A stretch of DNA of 64,000 nucleotides. It comes from Blastocatellia bacterium (lineage in GTDB: Bacteria > Acidobacteriota > Blastocatellia > Pyrinomonadales > Pyrinomonadaceae). Under the pieces are notes generated by a model. The model saw nothing but the letters and a program-made list of their open reading frames with translations, searched no databases and was not told the origin of the DNA. The stretch's first letter is position 1. Each line of letters opens with the position of its first letter. A program made the translations under genes and the position numbers. Positions 11,501 to 19,843 of the stretch are shown one piece after another. The stretch spans positions 156,047-220,046 of the forward strand of contig CAWHEH010000007.1 of NCBI GenBank assembly GCA_963828335.1, written 5' to 3'.

Positions 11501-12267
11501 CCGGCAATGCGAGCTTAGGTGGCACATCCTACAATCAGTTTAGTCCCAATAACGACTTCGCACGCGACGCATTCGTTTCGCGCCATCGACTTGTCAGTTA
11601 CGGTATTTACGAATTGCCGTGGGGCAAAGGCAGAAAGTTTGGAAGCGATCTTCCGAAATGGGCCGACACTGCCTTCGGGGGCTTTCAGCTTTCCTGGAAT
11701 ATGTTCGCCAAAAGTGGTACCGGGTTCACGCCGTTCTGGGAATGTGACACCTGTGACCCAATCTGGCCAGGCAATATCGCCAGTGAGTTTATTGACGCAG
11801 TCGGAGGTTTCAATCAATCGAGCTTCAGACCACTCGTAGTATCGGGTACCAATCAATACATCAAGGTTGGGGATCAGTTCTTCAACCCGGAGGCATTCCT
11901 GCCTCCGAGCGTTGGCTCTGATGCTCTCGACAATCCTGCTGGGGCGAGGCGCAACAGCCTTACTGGACCGGGGACCTGGGGTGTTAACCTGGGACTCCGT
12001 AAATTCTTCAAGCTTACCGAGACCGCGCGGCTCGAGATTGGCGCCGACCTTAACAACGCTTTCAATCACCCGCTGCGCTCGCCGAACGATCTAAATTTCG
12101 CCAGACTGGGCTCCTTTGTTCTTGAGGTTGACCAAGCGACAGGTAAGCTCCTACCGATCACGAATTTTGAACGCGATGAGAATTTCGGTCGCATCAAAAC
12201 GAGCTTCAACCAGGACGGTATCGACAATCGACGTACGGTACGTCTGAGGCTTCGACTCTCGTTCTGA
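8599..12267 (+). pseudogene. TonB-dependent receptor with N-terminal carboxypeptidase-regulatory-like domain, interrupted by about 5 frameshifts
   Basis: Five same-strand ORF fragments (8599-9906, 9788-10312, 10343-10798, 10749-11261, 11116-12267) plus a hidden frame-1 stretch (about 10240-10440, LLNNGGRSVNRTLDQKLATFGDTLTWIKGNHSMKGGFDFVRNHG). Together they read as one protein of about 1220 aa. Signal peptide, GTIRGTVTDPKGDAVPNAAVQV CarboxypepD_reg motif, plug, barrel, and a terminal ...RLRLRLSF ending in Phe. Shifts lie near 9800, 10237, 10440, 10780 (GGGG run) and 11166 (TT). Confidence 0.8.
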
Positions 12268-12397
12268 GGCAAGAGCACCGATAGGCACCGCGTGAGAATG
12301 GAGCAGAAAGGCGTGATCCTTTTGCCTCACCTGTTCCGCACATCTTCCCCTGAATTCTTGCGGGGGCAAGATGTGACGGTCGAATTAGGCGATAATC

Positions 12398-13630
12398 ATG
12401 GCCACTCCTTCGCGCCATCACTTTACGCGTAAACCAAACCTGGCCGATGTCAAAGCTGCGGGCCATGACATGCTTCGGCTCGTCAACCGTCGTATCCTGC
12501 TTAGCATACTTTCTGATCGGCAACCAATTTCGCGTGCCGAAATTGCCAAAATTAGCGGCCTTAACAAGGCCACCATCTCAACTATCACCAGCGAACTCCT
12601 CAAAGATCGCTGCATTATCGAAGAGGGTTCCGGAAGAACCACTCCTATCGGGGGCAAGCCCCCGACTCCGTTACGTCTTAATGGCTTGCGCTTTGGTATG
12701 TTCGGAGTCGACATTCGAGCGGAAGAAACTATTGTGGCGTTGAGCGACTTCAATAACCGCCTGGTCGCTCGTCTAAGCTTTGAGACCGCCAACGATGCAG
12801 GGACTTTTATCTCCAGAATCGGTAAGGAGATAACGAAGCTGCGTGCCAAGCACAACGACTTCATTGAGTTCGCTGGTATTGGCGTTAGTCTTCCCGGCCT
12901 GGTCGATAGCCATCGCGGAAAGTTCCTGATTTCCGTAGTGCTGCCCTGGCGCGATGTGCCGGTGGTCCACTTACTGGAAAAGGCGACGCGACTGCCGGTC
13001 GTTATAGATAACTCCGCACGTTGCGCTGCGCTAGCAGAAATCTGGCACGGCAAAGCGCAATACGCTCACCTGCGAAACCTACTGTACGTCGGTGTTAGTA
13101 CTGGCCTCGCGTGCGGGATAGTCATTGACGGTGGACTCTACCGCGGCGGGAATAATAGTGCCGGCCAGTTTGGTCATATCTCGATCGATCTGAGCGGTCC
13201 TGAGTGTCGCTGCGGGCAGCGTGGTTGCTGGGACCTCTATGCTTCCGACAAGGCCACGATTGCGCGTTACCAGTCACTTCGCAATGGATCAGGAAAACGC
13301 GTGTCCACTATGCGCAAGCTCGTGGAGCTGGTGGAGGCGGGGGATCGAGCTGCCACTGAAGCGGTGCGCGAGACCGCACGCTATCTGGGTATCGGAATAA
13401 CCGGCCTGATCAACGGCCTGGACCCGGAGGTGGTCGTGATCGGCGGAGAGATTACCAAGGCGTGGGGACTCATCGAGCCAATCATTGCTGAAGAAACTAA
13501 ACGAAGTTTACTGGCGCCGGGGGCGTACGGTGTCGCGATACGCCGTTCGGCTTTTGAGGTGCGACCAAGTTTGAAAGGTGCACTCACGCTGATCCAGAAA
13601 GATCTGCTATCGGTGCCGCACGTTGGTTGA
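12398..13630 (+). CDS. ROK-family transcriptional regulator (N-terminal winged HTH plus ROK sugar-kinase fold)
   Basis: N-terminal HTH region ILLSILSDRQPISRAEIAKISGLNKATISTITSEL. Glycine-rich LYVGVSTGLACGIVIDG. ROK zinc motif CRCGQRGCWDLY. Confidence 0.85.
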   Translation: MATPSRHHFTRKPNLADVKAAGHDMLRLVNRRILLSILSDRQPISRAEIAKISGLNKATISTITSELLKDRCIIEEGSGRTTPIGGKPPTPLRLNGLRFGMFGVDIRAEETIVALSDFNNRLVARLSFETANDAGTFISRIGKEITKLRAKHNDFIEFAGIGVSLPGLVDSHRGKFLISVVLPWRDVPVVHLLEKATRLPVVIDNSARCAALAEIWHGKAQYAHLRNLLYVGVSTGLACGIVIDGGLYRGGNNSAGQFGHISIDLSGPECRCGQRGCWDLYASDKATIARYQSLRNGSGKRVSTMRKLVELVEAGDRAATEAVRETARYLGIGITGLINGLDPEVVVIGGEITKAWGLIEPIIAEETKRSLLAPGAYGVAIRRSAFEVRPSLKGALTLIQKDLLSVPHVG

Positions 13631-13660
13631 TTGAAGGCGGATGAGAGTTTCCGCTGATGC

Positions 13661-14659
13661 GTGATGCCAACCATGAACAGTTTCCAGTCTGTTAGCAACG
13701 CCGAGGGTGTCCGCGAGCGATTGGCAAATGGCTTGATCGCTGCGACGCCCGTCCCTTTTAACAGCGAAGGAAAACTTCACGAAGCCGGACACGAATCGTA
13801 CCTGCGTTACATGGCCAGCCAACCTATTGCGGGCGTCGCTGTCTGGGCGCATACCGGACGTGGGCTGATGCTTGACGGCGAAACATCGCTACGGGTCTTG
13901 CGCGATTGGCGCGAAGTTTTGCCCGACAAGGTGATCGTCGCGGGAGTCGGCTCGCGGGATGAAAACTTCGAACAGGCCACCGCAGCCACGGTAAGGATGG
14001 CGGAGAGTGCTGCTCGTCTCGGGGCGGACGCCTTGCTCGTTTATCCGCCGACCTGGTTGCGCGGACACTCACGCTCCGAGCAGCTAATTGTAGAACATCA
14101 CGCACGCGTCGCTGAGGTCGGGTTGCCGCTGATTCTTTTTTATCTCTACGAGGCGGCCGGTGGTATTGCCTACAGTCAGACAGTGCTGGATGAATTGTTG
14201 AACTTGCCTGGCGTTGTAGGAATCAAAATGGCGACGCTTGACAGTGTGATGACTTACCAGGACGTTTCGCGGCAACTGCAAGAGCGTCATCCGGAACAGC
14301 TCTTTATTACCGGGGAGGATCGGTTTCTCGGTTATAGCCTGCAGCGTGGCGCACGAGCGGCTTTAATAGGTATGGGCTCGATCTGTTGTGATCTTCAGGC
14401 CGAGTTGATACGGGCGCATGCCGCCGGAGATTCCCGGAGCTTCCTGGCGCTGTCCGATGCCGTTGATCGGCTAGCCGAAACCATCTTTGTAAAGCCCATG
14501 GAAGGATACATCAGACGACTGTTGTGGGCCCTGGTCCATCTTGGCGTAATTCCTTTGGAGGCCGCCAACGATCCCTGGGGACCGCAATTGGAACTCGAGG
14601 AGTTTGAAACCGTGGGTCGAACGCTAAATGCCCTGGCGCTTATCACGCAGGAATGTTGA
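13661..14659 (+). CDS. DHDPS/N-acetylneuraminate-lyase family class I aldolase
   Basis: 332 aa. TPVPF...G.L start, a GVAVWAHTGRG segment in place of the canonical GTTGE, and the Schiff-base lysine context VVGIKMATLD. The start could be GTG 13661 or ATG 13664/13673. Confidence 0.75.
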   Translation: MMPTMNSFQSVSNAEGVRERLANGLIAATPVPFNSEGKLHEAGHESYLRYMASQPIAGVAVWAHTGRGLMLDGETSLRVLRDWREVLPDKVIVAGVGSRDENFEQATAATVRMAESAARLGADALLVYPPTWLRGHSRSEQLIVEHHARVAEVGLPLILFYLYEAAGGIAYSQTVLDELLNLPGVVGIKMATLDSVMTYQDVSRQLQERHPEQLFITGEDRFLGYSLQRGARAALIGMGSICCDLQAELIRAHAAGDSRSFLALSDAVDRLAETIFVKPMEGYIRRLLWALVHLGVIPLEAANDPWGPQLELEEFETVGRTLNALALITQEC

Positions 14660-14670
14660 GGTAGCGCGCA

Positions 14671-15975
14671 GTGTTGTCTTCAGTGCACTTAAAAGAACTA
14701 CAGATCGATTCTTCCGCCCGCTCCGCACTGGCGAAAGACTATGAATGTTTTGCGAAGCAACTGCCCGATCGGCTCGAAGAATACGTGCGCGATCGGTACG
14801 CGATAAATTTGAGCAGTGAATACGGTGGCCTGCCGATTAAGAACCCTTTCGGTAAAGCTTCCGGACAGTTGTCTCTCAATGTCTCTCAAGTGAGTAACGA
14901 CGCCGAGGCGGGTCTCGGATTTGTCGTACTCAAAACGATCATCGCCGAAGATGAACATGGCGCTCAGTCCATGAGCGAGTGGGCCATCCACGAAACCCGG
15001 ATGATGGTTGAGCGGATCAAGGGAGCCGACGGTACTGAAGGATGGACTGTAACGTGGAAGGGAAGAGGTTGGTACGACACCTTTGAAGAGTATCTGGAGT
15101 TTTTCAGCGAAGCGTTGAGAGTTGCTGATAGCAGTGGCATGCCCGTAGTGCCTTCCTGTAAGTATCACCTGCCGCGCAGCGATGAAGCGGAATGGAAACT
15201 TGGAGAATATGAATACACCACGCGCCGTCTAGTCGAAGTTTGGCAACGCCACGGTCCGGCCGGACTGGACATGCCTATTGAGAAGGACTTTAGTCCGACT
15301 CTGGCGGGGTCTGACCGCGCCGCTCAAAAGCACATCATCCTCCAGTGGCTTATGCGCGTAACCCGTCTTATGCGCGAGGCGGCCAGTCCGGCCCGGATCA
15401 AAGTTGGACTAAAGCTTTTCAACGCTGTCTTCGACGACGACTTTCAATTAGAGATGTTACGCGCGATCAATAAGGCCAGCGACGCTGAAGACGTGCCGGA
15501 CTTCCTGGTTTATTGCAACCGACTATTCGACCCTGACCGGGAATTCGCGGGTGTCAGCGGCGTCGCTTACGGCGGCCCGGATTTGAGTGCGCGCAATCTT
15601 GCTGTCCTGGGGAGCATGAGAGCTCTCGAGCAAATCGGACAGATTCCATTCTGCCCTTGCCCCATCAGTGCCACCGGAAACATCGTGTCCGGGCGGATCG
15701 CAGCTGAGTACCTCTTACGCGGGGCCAGTAGTTTCCAAATGCATACTTATTTTCAGTTGCCGAGCAGTGAGTACAAAATGAGGACAGGTAGCAAAACTGC
15801 GCGTGCACTTCACGAACTATATTTCCATCCAGAGGAGGGACTGATCGCGTGGTTATTGCACTTGCGGAAGGCGCTGGATTGGCCGGCAGACTGGAATATC
15901 AAGCAGATGGCTGAGTTTTGCGTGGATCCCGCCAATCGTGTCTGGGCCACCGCAACCGAACCGGTCCTTCGCTGA
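14671..15975 (+). CDS. Divergent dihydroorotate/dihydropyrimidine-dehydrogenase-fold (FMN TIM-barrel) protein
   Basis: GTG start 11 nt after the aldolase stop. LPIKNPFGKASGQLSL...GLGFVVLKTI resembles the DHOD N-terminal motif. KDFSPTLAGS sits where the NxSCPN catalytic loop is expected. ISATGNIVSGRIAAEYLLRGASSFQMHT resembles the FMN-phosphate-binding end. Confidence 0.5.
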   Translation: MLSSVHLKELQIDSSARSALAKDYECFAKQLPDRLEEYVRDRYAINLSSEYGGLPIKNPFGKASGQLSLNVSQVSNDAEAGLGFVVLKTIIAEDEHGAQSMSEWAIHETRMMVERIKGADGTEGWTVTWKGRGWYDTFEEYLEFFSEALRVADSSGMPVVPSCKYHLPRSDEAEWKLGEYEYTTRRLVEVWQRHGPAGLDMPIEKDFSPTLAGSDRAAQKHIILQWLMRVTRLMREAASPARIKVGLKLFNAVFDDDFQLEMLRAINKASDAEDVPDFLVYCNRLFDPDREFAGVSGVAYGGPDLSARNLAVLGSMRALEQIGQIPFCPCPISATGNIVSGRIAAEYLLRGASSFQMHTYFQLPSSEYKMRTGSKTARALHELYFHPEEGLIAWLLHLRKALDWPADWNIKQMAEFCVDPANRVWATATEPVLR

Positions 15976-15979
15976 AGAG

Positions 15980-16825
15980 ATGCAGATTGAAGTTCGTTTG
16001 CTCGAGGAGTCGGATATCCCGGCTGCGCTGCGGCTCAAGGAGTTGGCCCAGTGGAACCAAACTGAGAAGGATTGGCTGCGACTGCTTCGTCTGGAACCGA
16101 GTGGCTGCTTCTGCGCGACCTTCGACGGCGAGGTAGTAGGCACTACGACGACGACAACTTACCGATCTGAGCTAGCGTGGATCGGAATGGTTCTGGTTGA
16201 CCTTAAACGCCGCCAACTTGGAATAGCGACCAGGTTAATGAACGCGGCCCTTGAATACCTGGCCAAAGCCGGGGTTGCGACAGTCAAACTCGACGCCACG
16301 CCGGCGGGTTGTTCCCTCTACAGGAAGCTGGGCTTCAAAGACGAGTCGTTGATCGAGCGTTGGGTTGGCATTGCCGGATTGCACAAAGTTAGTTGTTCGA
16401 GCCTGGACACTGCGGTGCGCGGCGAAGCTTTGATCTTCGATCGCCATGCGTTTGGTGCAGAGAGATCGAAGTTACTTGAGATGCTGATCGACGACTGTTG
16501 TGTCACCCCCCTCGTCACAACCACGGCAGACGGACATCTGACAGGATACGGTCTCGCTCGTGAAGGGAGCGCGGCTGTTTATGCCGGTCCTCTATTAGCG
16601 TCGAGTACGGACGCTGCTACGACTCTTTTGGACGGTCTGCTCAGTCAAGTGTCGGGTCAACGTGTCTACGTAGATCTGAATAGGAATTACACAGGAGGCC
16701 GAAAGATCCTTACTGAGCGTGGATTTGTAAAACAGCGCGATCTGGTTCGCATGTTTTATGGGCAGTCGAGCGACGCTGGATCGTCTCCATTGATCTTCGC
16801 CATCGCCGGACCGGAGCTTGGTTGA
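15980..16825 (+). CDS. GNAT-family N-acetyltransferase
   Basis: ORF 15938..16825. An in-frame ATG at 15980 lies 4 nt after the upstream stop. Acetyl-CoA motif region VLVDLKRRQLGIATRLMNAALEYLAKAG. Confidence 0.7.
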   Translation: MQIEVRLLEESDIPAALRLKELAQWNQTEKDWLRLLRLEPSGCFCATFDGEVVGTTTTTTYRSELAWIGMVLVDLKRRQLGIATRLMNAALEYLAKAGVATVKLDATPAGCSLYRKLGFKDESLIERWVGIAGLHKVSCSSLDTAVRGEALIFDRHAFGAERSKLLEMLIDDCCVTPLVTTTADGHLTGYGLAREGSAAVYAGPLLASSTDAATTLLDGLLSQVSGQRVYVDLNRNYTGGRKILTERGFVKQRDLVRMFYGQSSDAGSSPLIFAIAGPELG

Positions 16826-16837
16826 GAGGACTGTGGG

Positions 16838-17060
16838 TCAAAGGAAAAAGATGTTGTGTGTCGCTTCGCCCAGAGGGGCGAGATGTTTATAGCCTTGCAG
16901 TCCTTTTTTGGTTCGAAGCTCCGTAGGAGCGCAACGCTTTTTGCCTGCCTTGGCAAGGGCTGCCCTGCCGGGCTTCGCTCCTAACGAGCGAGATAACTTG
17001 GGTGGGCTTTCGTTAGCCATAAATGTCTCGCTCCGCTGGAGCGAAAACGCATTCGCTGCT
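16838..17060. repeat. Hairpin-rich intergenic repeat module
   Basis: A string of short perfect hairpins: TCGCCCagagGGGCGA, GCTCCgtaGGAGC, TCGCTCctaacGAGCGA and TCGCTCCgctGGAGCGA. The antisense reading gives the GYKHLAPLGE / KRCAPTEL-type pseudo-peptide seen in repeat-derived ORFs (ORF 16838..17185). Confidence 0.5.
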
Positions 17061-17090
17061 TGTATTTCAAATTTGGATGGCGAATGACAA

Positions 17091-17921
17091 ATGGAAAAGG
17101 ATTGGGAGCACATCATGGAATCCTCAGCTGGGTTAGCACCCAAAACAGACGGGCTTATCGACAGTTTTCGCGCCGATAAACTCAACGTATATGTCTACGA
17201 CACAAGACCGAATATGGGCGCTGCCGCTGCGGGCGTCGTAGCGGAGGAAATCCGCGGGCTGGTCGAATCGCGCGGCAGGGCGGTCGGCATATTCGCGTCA
17301 GCACCGTCGCAGAATGAATTTTTGGCGGCACTTGCGGAAACTCCCGGCGTCGATTGGCCGCGAGTTGTCGGCTTCCATCTCGACGAGTATCTCGGGATGG
17401 ACGAACAGGCGCCCCAGTCCTTCCGGCGTTTTCTGATCGATCGTCTTGTCAGCAAGGTCCCGTTCGGTGAATTTAATGGGCTGCGAGGCGACGCAGCAGA
17501 TGGAGTCGCTGAAACTGGACGATACAGCAAACTGCTCGCGGCTAACCCCCCGGACTTTGCGGTTCTGGGAATCGGCGAGAATGGTCACCTGGCCTTCATC
17601 GATCCGCCGTTCTGCAATTTCGAAGATCCAGAAAGTGTGAAGGTAGTCGAGCTTGACGAAATATGCCGCACTCAGCAAGTCAACGACGGCGCTTTCGCAA
17701 CAATTGACGAAGTCCCGCACCAGGCTTTGTCTCTAACGATTCCGATCATCATGGCTCGTCCGAGGCTGTTTGCGATTGTGCCAGGACCCGCTAAGCGTCA
17801 GGCAATTAAGAGCACGATTGAAGGAGCGATTGCGACGACCTGTCCGGCTTCAATTTTACGGCGCCACCCTGACGCGCATCTCTTTATTGATCGTGATTCG
17901 GCGTCGCTGTTGTCGCGATAG
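17091..17921 (+). CDS. Glucosamine/galactosamine-6-phosphate deaminase-isomerase family protein (NagB/AgaI/6-phosphogluconolactonase fold)
   Basis: GIGENGHLAFIDPP signature. FASAPSQNEF and HLDEYLG motifs. 276 aa. Confidence 0.8.
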   Translation: MEKDWEHIMESSAGLAPKTDGLIDSFRADKLNVYVYDTRPNMGAAAAGVVAEEIRGLVESRGRAVGIFASAPSQNEFLAALAETPGVDWPRVVGFHLDEYLGMDEQAPQSFRRFLIDRLVSKVPFGEFNGLRGDAADGVAETGRYSKLLAANPPDFAVLGIGENGHLAFIDPPFCNFEDPESVKVVELDEICRTQQVNDGAFATIDEVPHQALSLTIPIIMARPRLFAIVPGPAKRQAIKSTIEGAIATTCPASILRRHPDAHLFIDRDSASLLSR

Positions 17922-17926
17922 AACTG

Positions 17927-18076
17927 ATTTTTTGTCTTTGGCTTTGGGTGTTTGGCTTTGGGTCTTTGTACTTTGGCCTTAGCTGCTGAGATCTGAAGTT
18001 TCAGATCTCAAAAAAACCAAAACCGAAAACCAAGACCTAAGACCAAAGACGTAAGACCAAAAGCCAAAGACCAAAG
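17927..18076. repeat. Composite hairpin with low-complexity CTTTGG-unit arms around a perfect 10-bp inner hairpin
   Basis: The left arm is rich in CTTTGGNN units (17927-17978). The right arm is its approximate complement in CCAAAG units (18010-18076). The centre, GAGATCTGAAgtTTCAGATCTC (17988-18009), is a perfect palindrome. Confidence 0.6.
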
Positions 18077-18097
18077 TAGTTTCAGAAGGAGAACCGC

Positions 18098-19843
18098 ATG
18101 CGCTCATCAGTACAGACCATAGACTACCTCGTGTTGGTCTGCTATCTGCTGTTAATGGCAGGCGTGGGCGCCTTCTTCATGCGCTTCATGCGGGTGGGAA
18201 CGGATTTTCTCAAAGGAGGAAACCGCGTCGAATGGTGGGTGGCCGGAATGGCCTCGTTCATGTCCGGGTTCTCAGTCTGGACCTTCACAGGTGGCGCCGG
18301 CTTCGCCTACCGCGAGGGCGTCATCGGAGTGTTCCTGATGGCGTTGGCGGTACCTGCCTTTTTCTTCGGCTACATTGTTTTTGCGCAGTGCTGGCGGCGC
18401 TCGCGCGTCACCACCGTAGTTGAATACATCCGCAGCCGCTTCGGTGACGGTACGCACAAAACATTCTCCTGGTTGACTGGGCCAAGTCAGCTGATGTTCG
18501 GCTCGGTCAGGCTCTTTGCCCTCTCGAGCTTCATGTCTGTTGCTTTGGGAGTGCCCGTCGAGTACCTGGTGATTATTTGTGGGCTGGTAGTGCTGGTCTA
18601 CACGTCGCTGGGCGGCTATTGGGCGGTCTGCTTCACGGACATGTTCCAGTTCATGTTCCTTTTTCCGATCGCCTGCATGCTGATGGTGCTGTCACTCGCC
18701 AACGTTGGCGGCTTCAGCAACTTTGTCGCACACGCACCGCCGGGATTCTTCAACCCACTGGCAGGAGAGTATGGCTGGTTGTTTCTGATCGTCTATACGG
18801 TTTCGCAAACGACCGGCTATAACAATTTCGGTAACGCGCAGAGATATTTTTGTGCCGACACCGAACAATCAGCAAAAAGAATCGCCATTCTTTGCATGAT
18901 TCTGTTTACCATCGGCAGTGTCATTTTTTATCTGCCACCACTTATCGCGCGAGTAGCATTACCTGAACTCGGTACTGCCGCCAATGGCTTGAAACAGCCC
19001 TCGGAAGCCGCTTACATCGCAATGGGCATGCGCGTACTTCCGCCGGGAATGATCGGAGTGCTGCTGGCCGCGATGCTGGCTTCATCGATGGCTTCGTTGT
19101 CGGCCCACAACCACATCATCACCGGCATCTTCGCGAAGGATCTGTACCAGGGTTATCTGCGTAAAGATGCATCCGATCGCCACATGTTAACGGCCAGCCG
19201 GCTTACTTCTTTTGGTGTCGGCGTCGTGATGATTGGCGTGGCCCTGCTGTTTGCCCAGGGTGCAACCGGCATCTTCACGTTGCTCTTCATTCTCGAATCG
19301 ATGTTCCTGATTCCACTCGGCCTGCCGCTGCTGTACGGCTTCCTGGCCAAGCGCGGCCCCTGGTGGTCGGCCGTATGTGCTTACGTCGTGGGAGCAATTA
19401 CTTCGCTGTTCGTTAACTTCTATCTCAACCGCCATCTTGGTATGGGGCTAAACGAAACTTATTTGATCGGCATCCCGGCAATCACGACTACCGTCGCGTT
19501 TTTTGTGCCGGTGCTACTGTTCAAACCAGCCGGCGAGCAGGCTGAGCGCGTTAAGGCATTTTTTAAAAAACTTGAAACGCCGATCGATACGGCTACTGAG
19601 TTGGGAGTGGCGGGTTTTTCGGGGCGAGGACAACTGGCCCTGGTTGGGAAAGTTACGACTGGGATGGGACTAGCCTGCTTCGCGATTGTCTTGGCGAGTT
19701 CGCCGGGACGTGACCGGATGATTACCGCCATCTACGCCGTTGTCACCACGCTGGTCGGCTTGGCATTCGTCGCCGCTGGTCGCGTGCCGCAAGCGCCGCT
19801 GCCGGTATCGCCGGAAACGGAGCCGGAGTTTGAGGTGGAATGA
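18098..19843 (+). CDS. Sodium:solute symporter (SSS) family transporter
   Basis: 581 aa and highly hydrophobic, with about 13 predicted TM segments by eye. GGAGAA SD 5 nt upstream of the start. Typical SSS N-terminal layout. Confidence 0.85.
   Translation: MRSSVQTIDYLVLVCYLLLMAGVGAFFMRFMRVGTDFLKGGNRVEWWVAGMASFMSGFSVWTFTGGAGFAYREGVIGVFLMALAVPAFFFGYIVFAQCWRRSRVTTVVEYIRSRFGDGTHKTFSWLTGPSQLMFGSVRLFALSSFMSVALGVPVEYLVIICGLVVLVYTSLGGYWAVCFTDMFQFMFLFPIACMLMVLSLANVGGFSNFVAHAPPGFFNPLAGEYGWLFLIVYTVSQTTGYNNFGNAQRYFCADTEQSAKRIAILCMILFTIGSVIFYLPPLIARVALPELGTAANGLKQPSEAAYIAMGMRVLPPGMIGVLLAAMLASSMASLSAHNHIITGIFAKDLYQGYLRKDASDRHMLTASRLTSFGVGVVMIGVALLFAQGATGIFTLLFILESMFLIPLGLPLLYGFLAKRGPWWSAVCAYVVGAITSLFVNFYLNRHLGMGLNETYLIGIPAITTTVAFFVPVLLFKPAGEQAERVKAFFKKLETPIDTATELGVAGFSGRGQLALVGKVTTGMGLACFAIVLASSPGRDRMITAIYAVVTTLVGLAFVAAGRVPQAPLPVSPETEPEFEVE

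Noticed and set aside
12330-12375. The imperfect hairpin CACATCTTCCCC...GGGGGCAAGATGTG between the TBDR and the ROK regulator, as a terminator or operator.
   Set aside because: The stem has a bulge, there is no following U-tract, and it occurs only once. This is too weak to call.
17988-18009. The perfect 10-bp hairpin GAGATCTGAAgtTTCAGATCTC as a Rho-independent terminator for the deaminase gene.
   Set aside because: On the plus strand it is followed by an A-run, not a U-run. On the minus strand the T-run precedes the stem. The 2-nt loop is also unfavourable. It is more likely part of the larger composite repeat.
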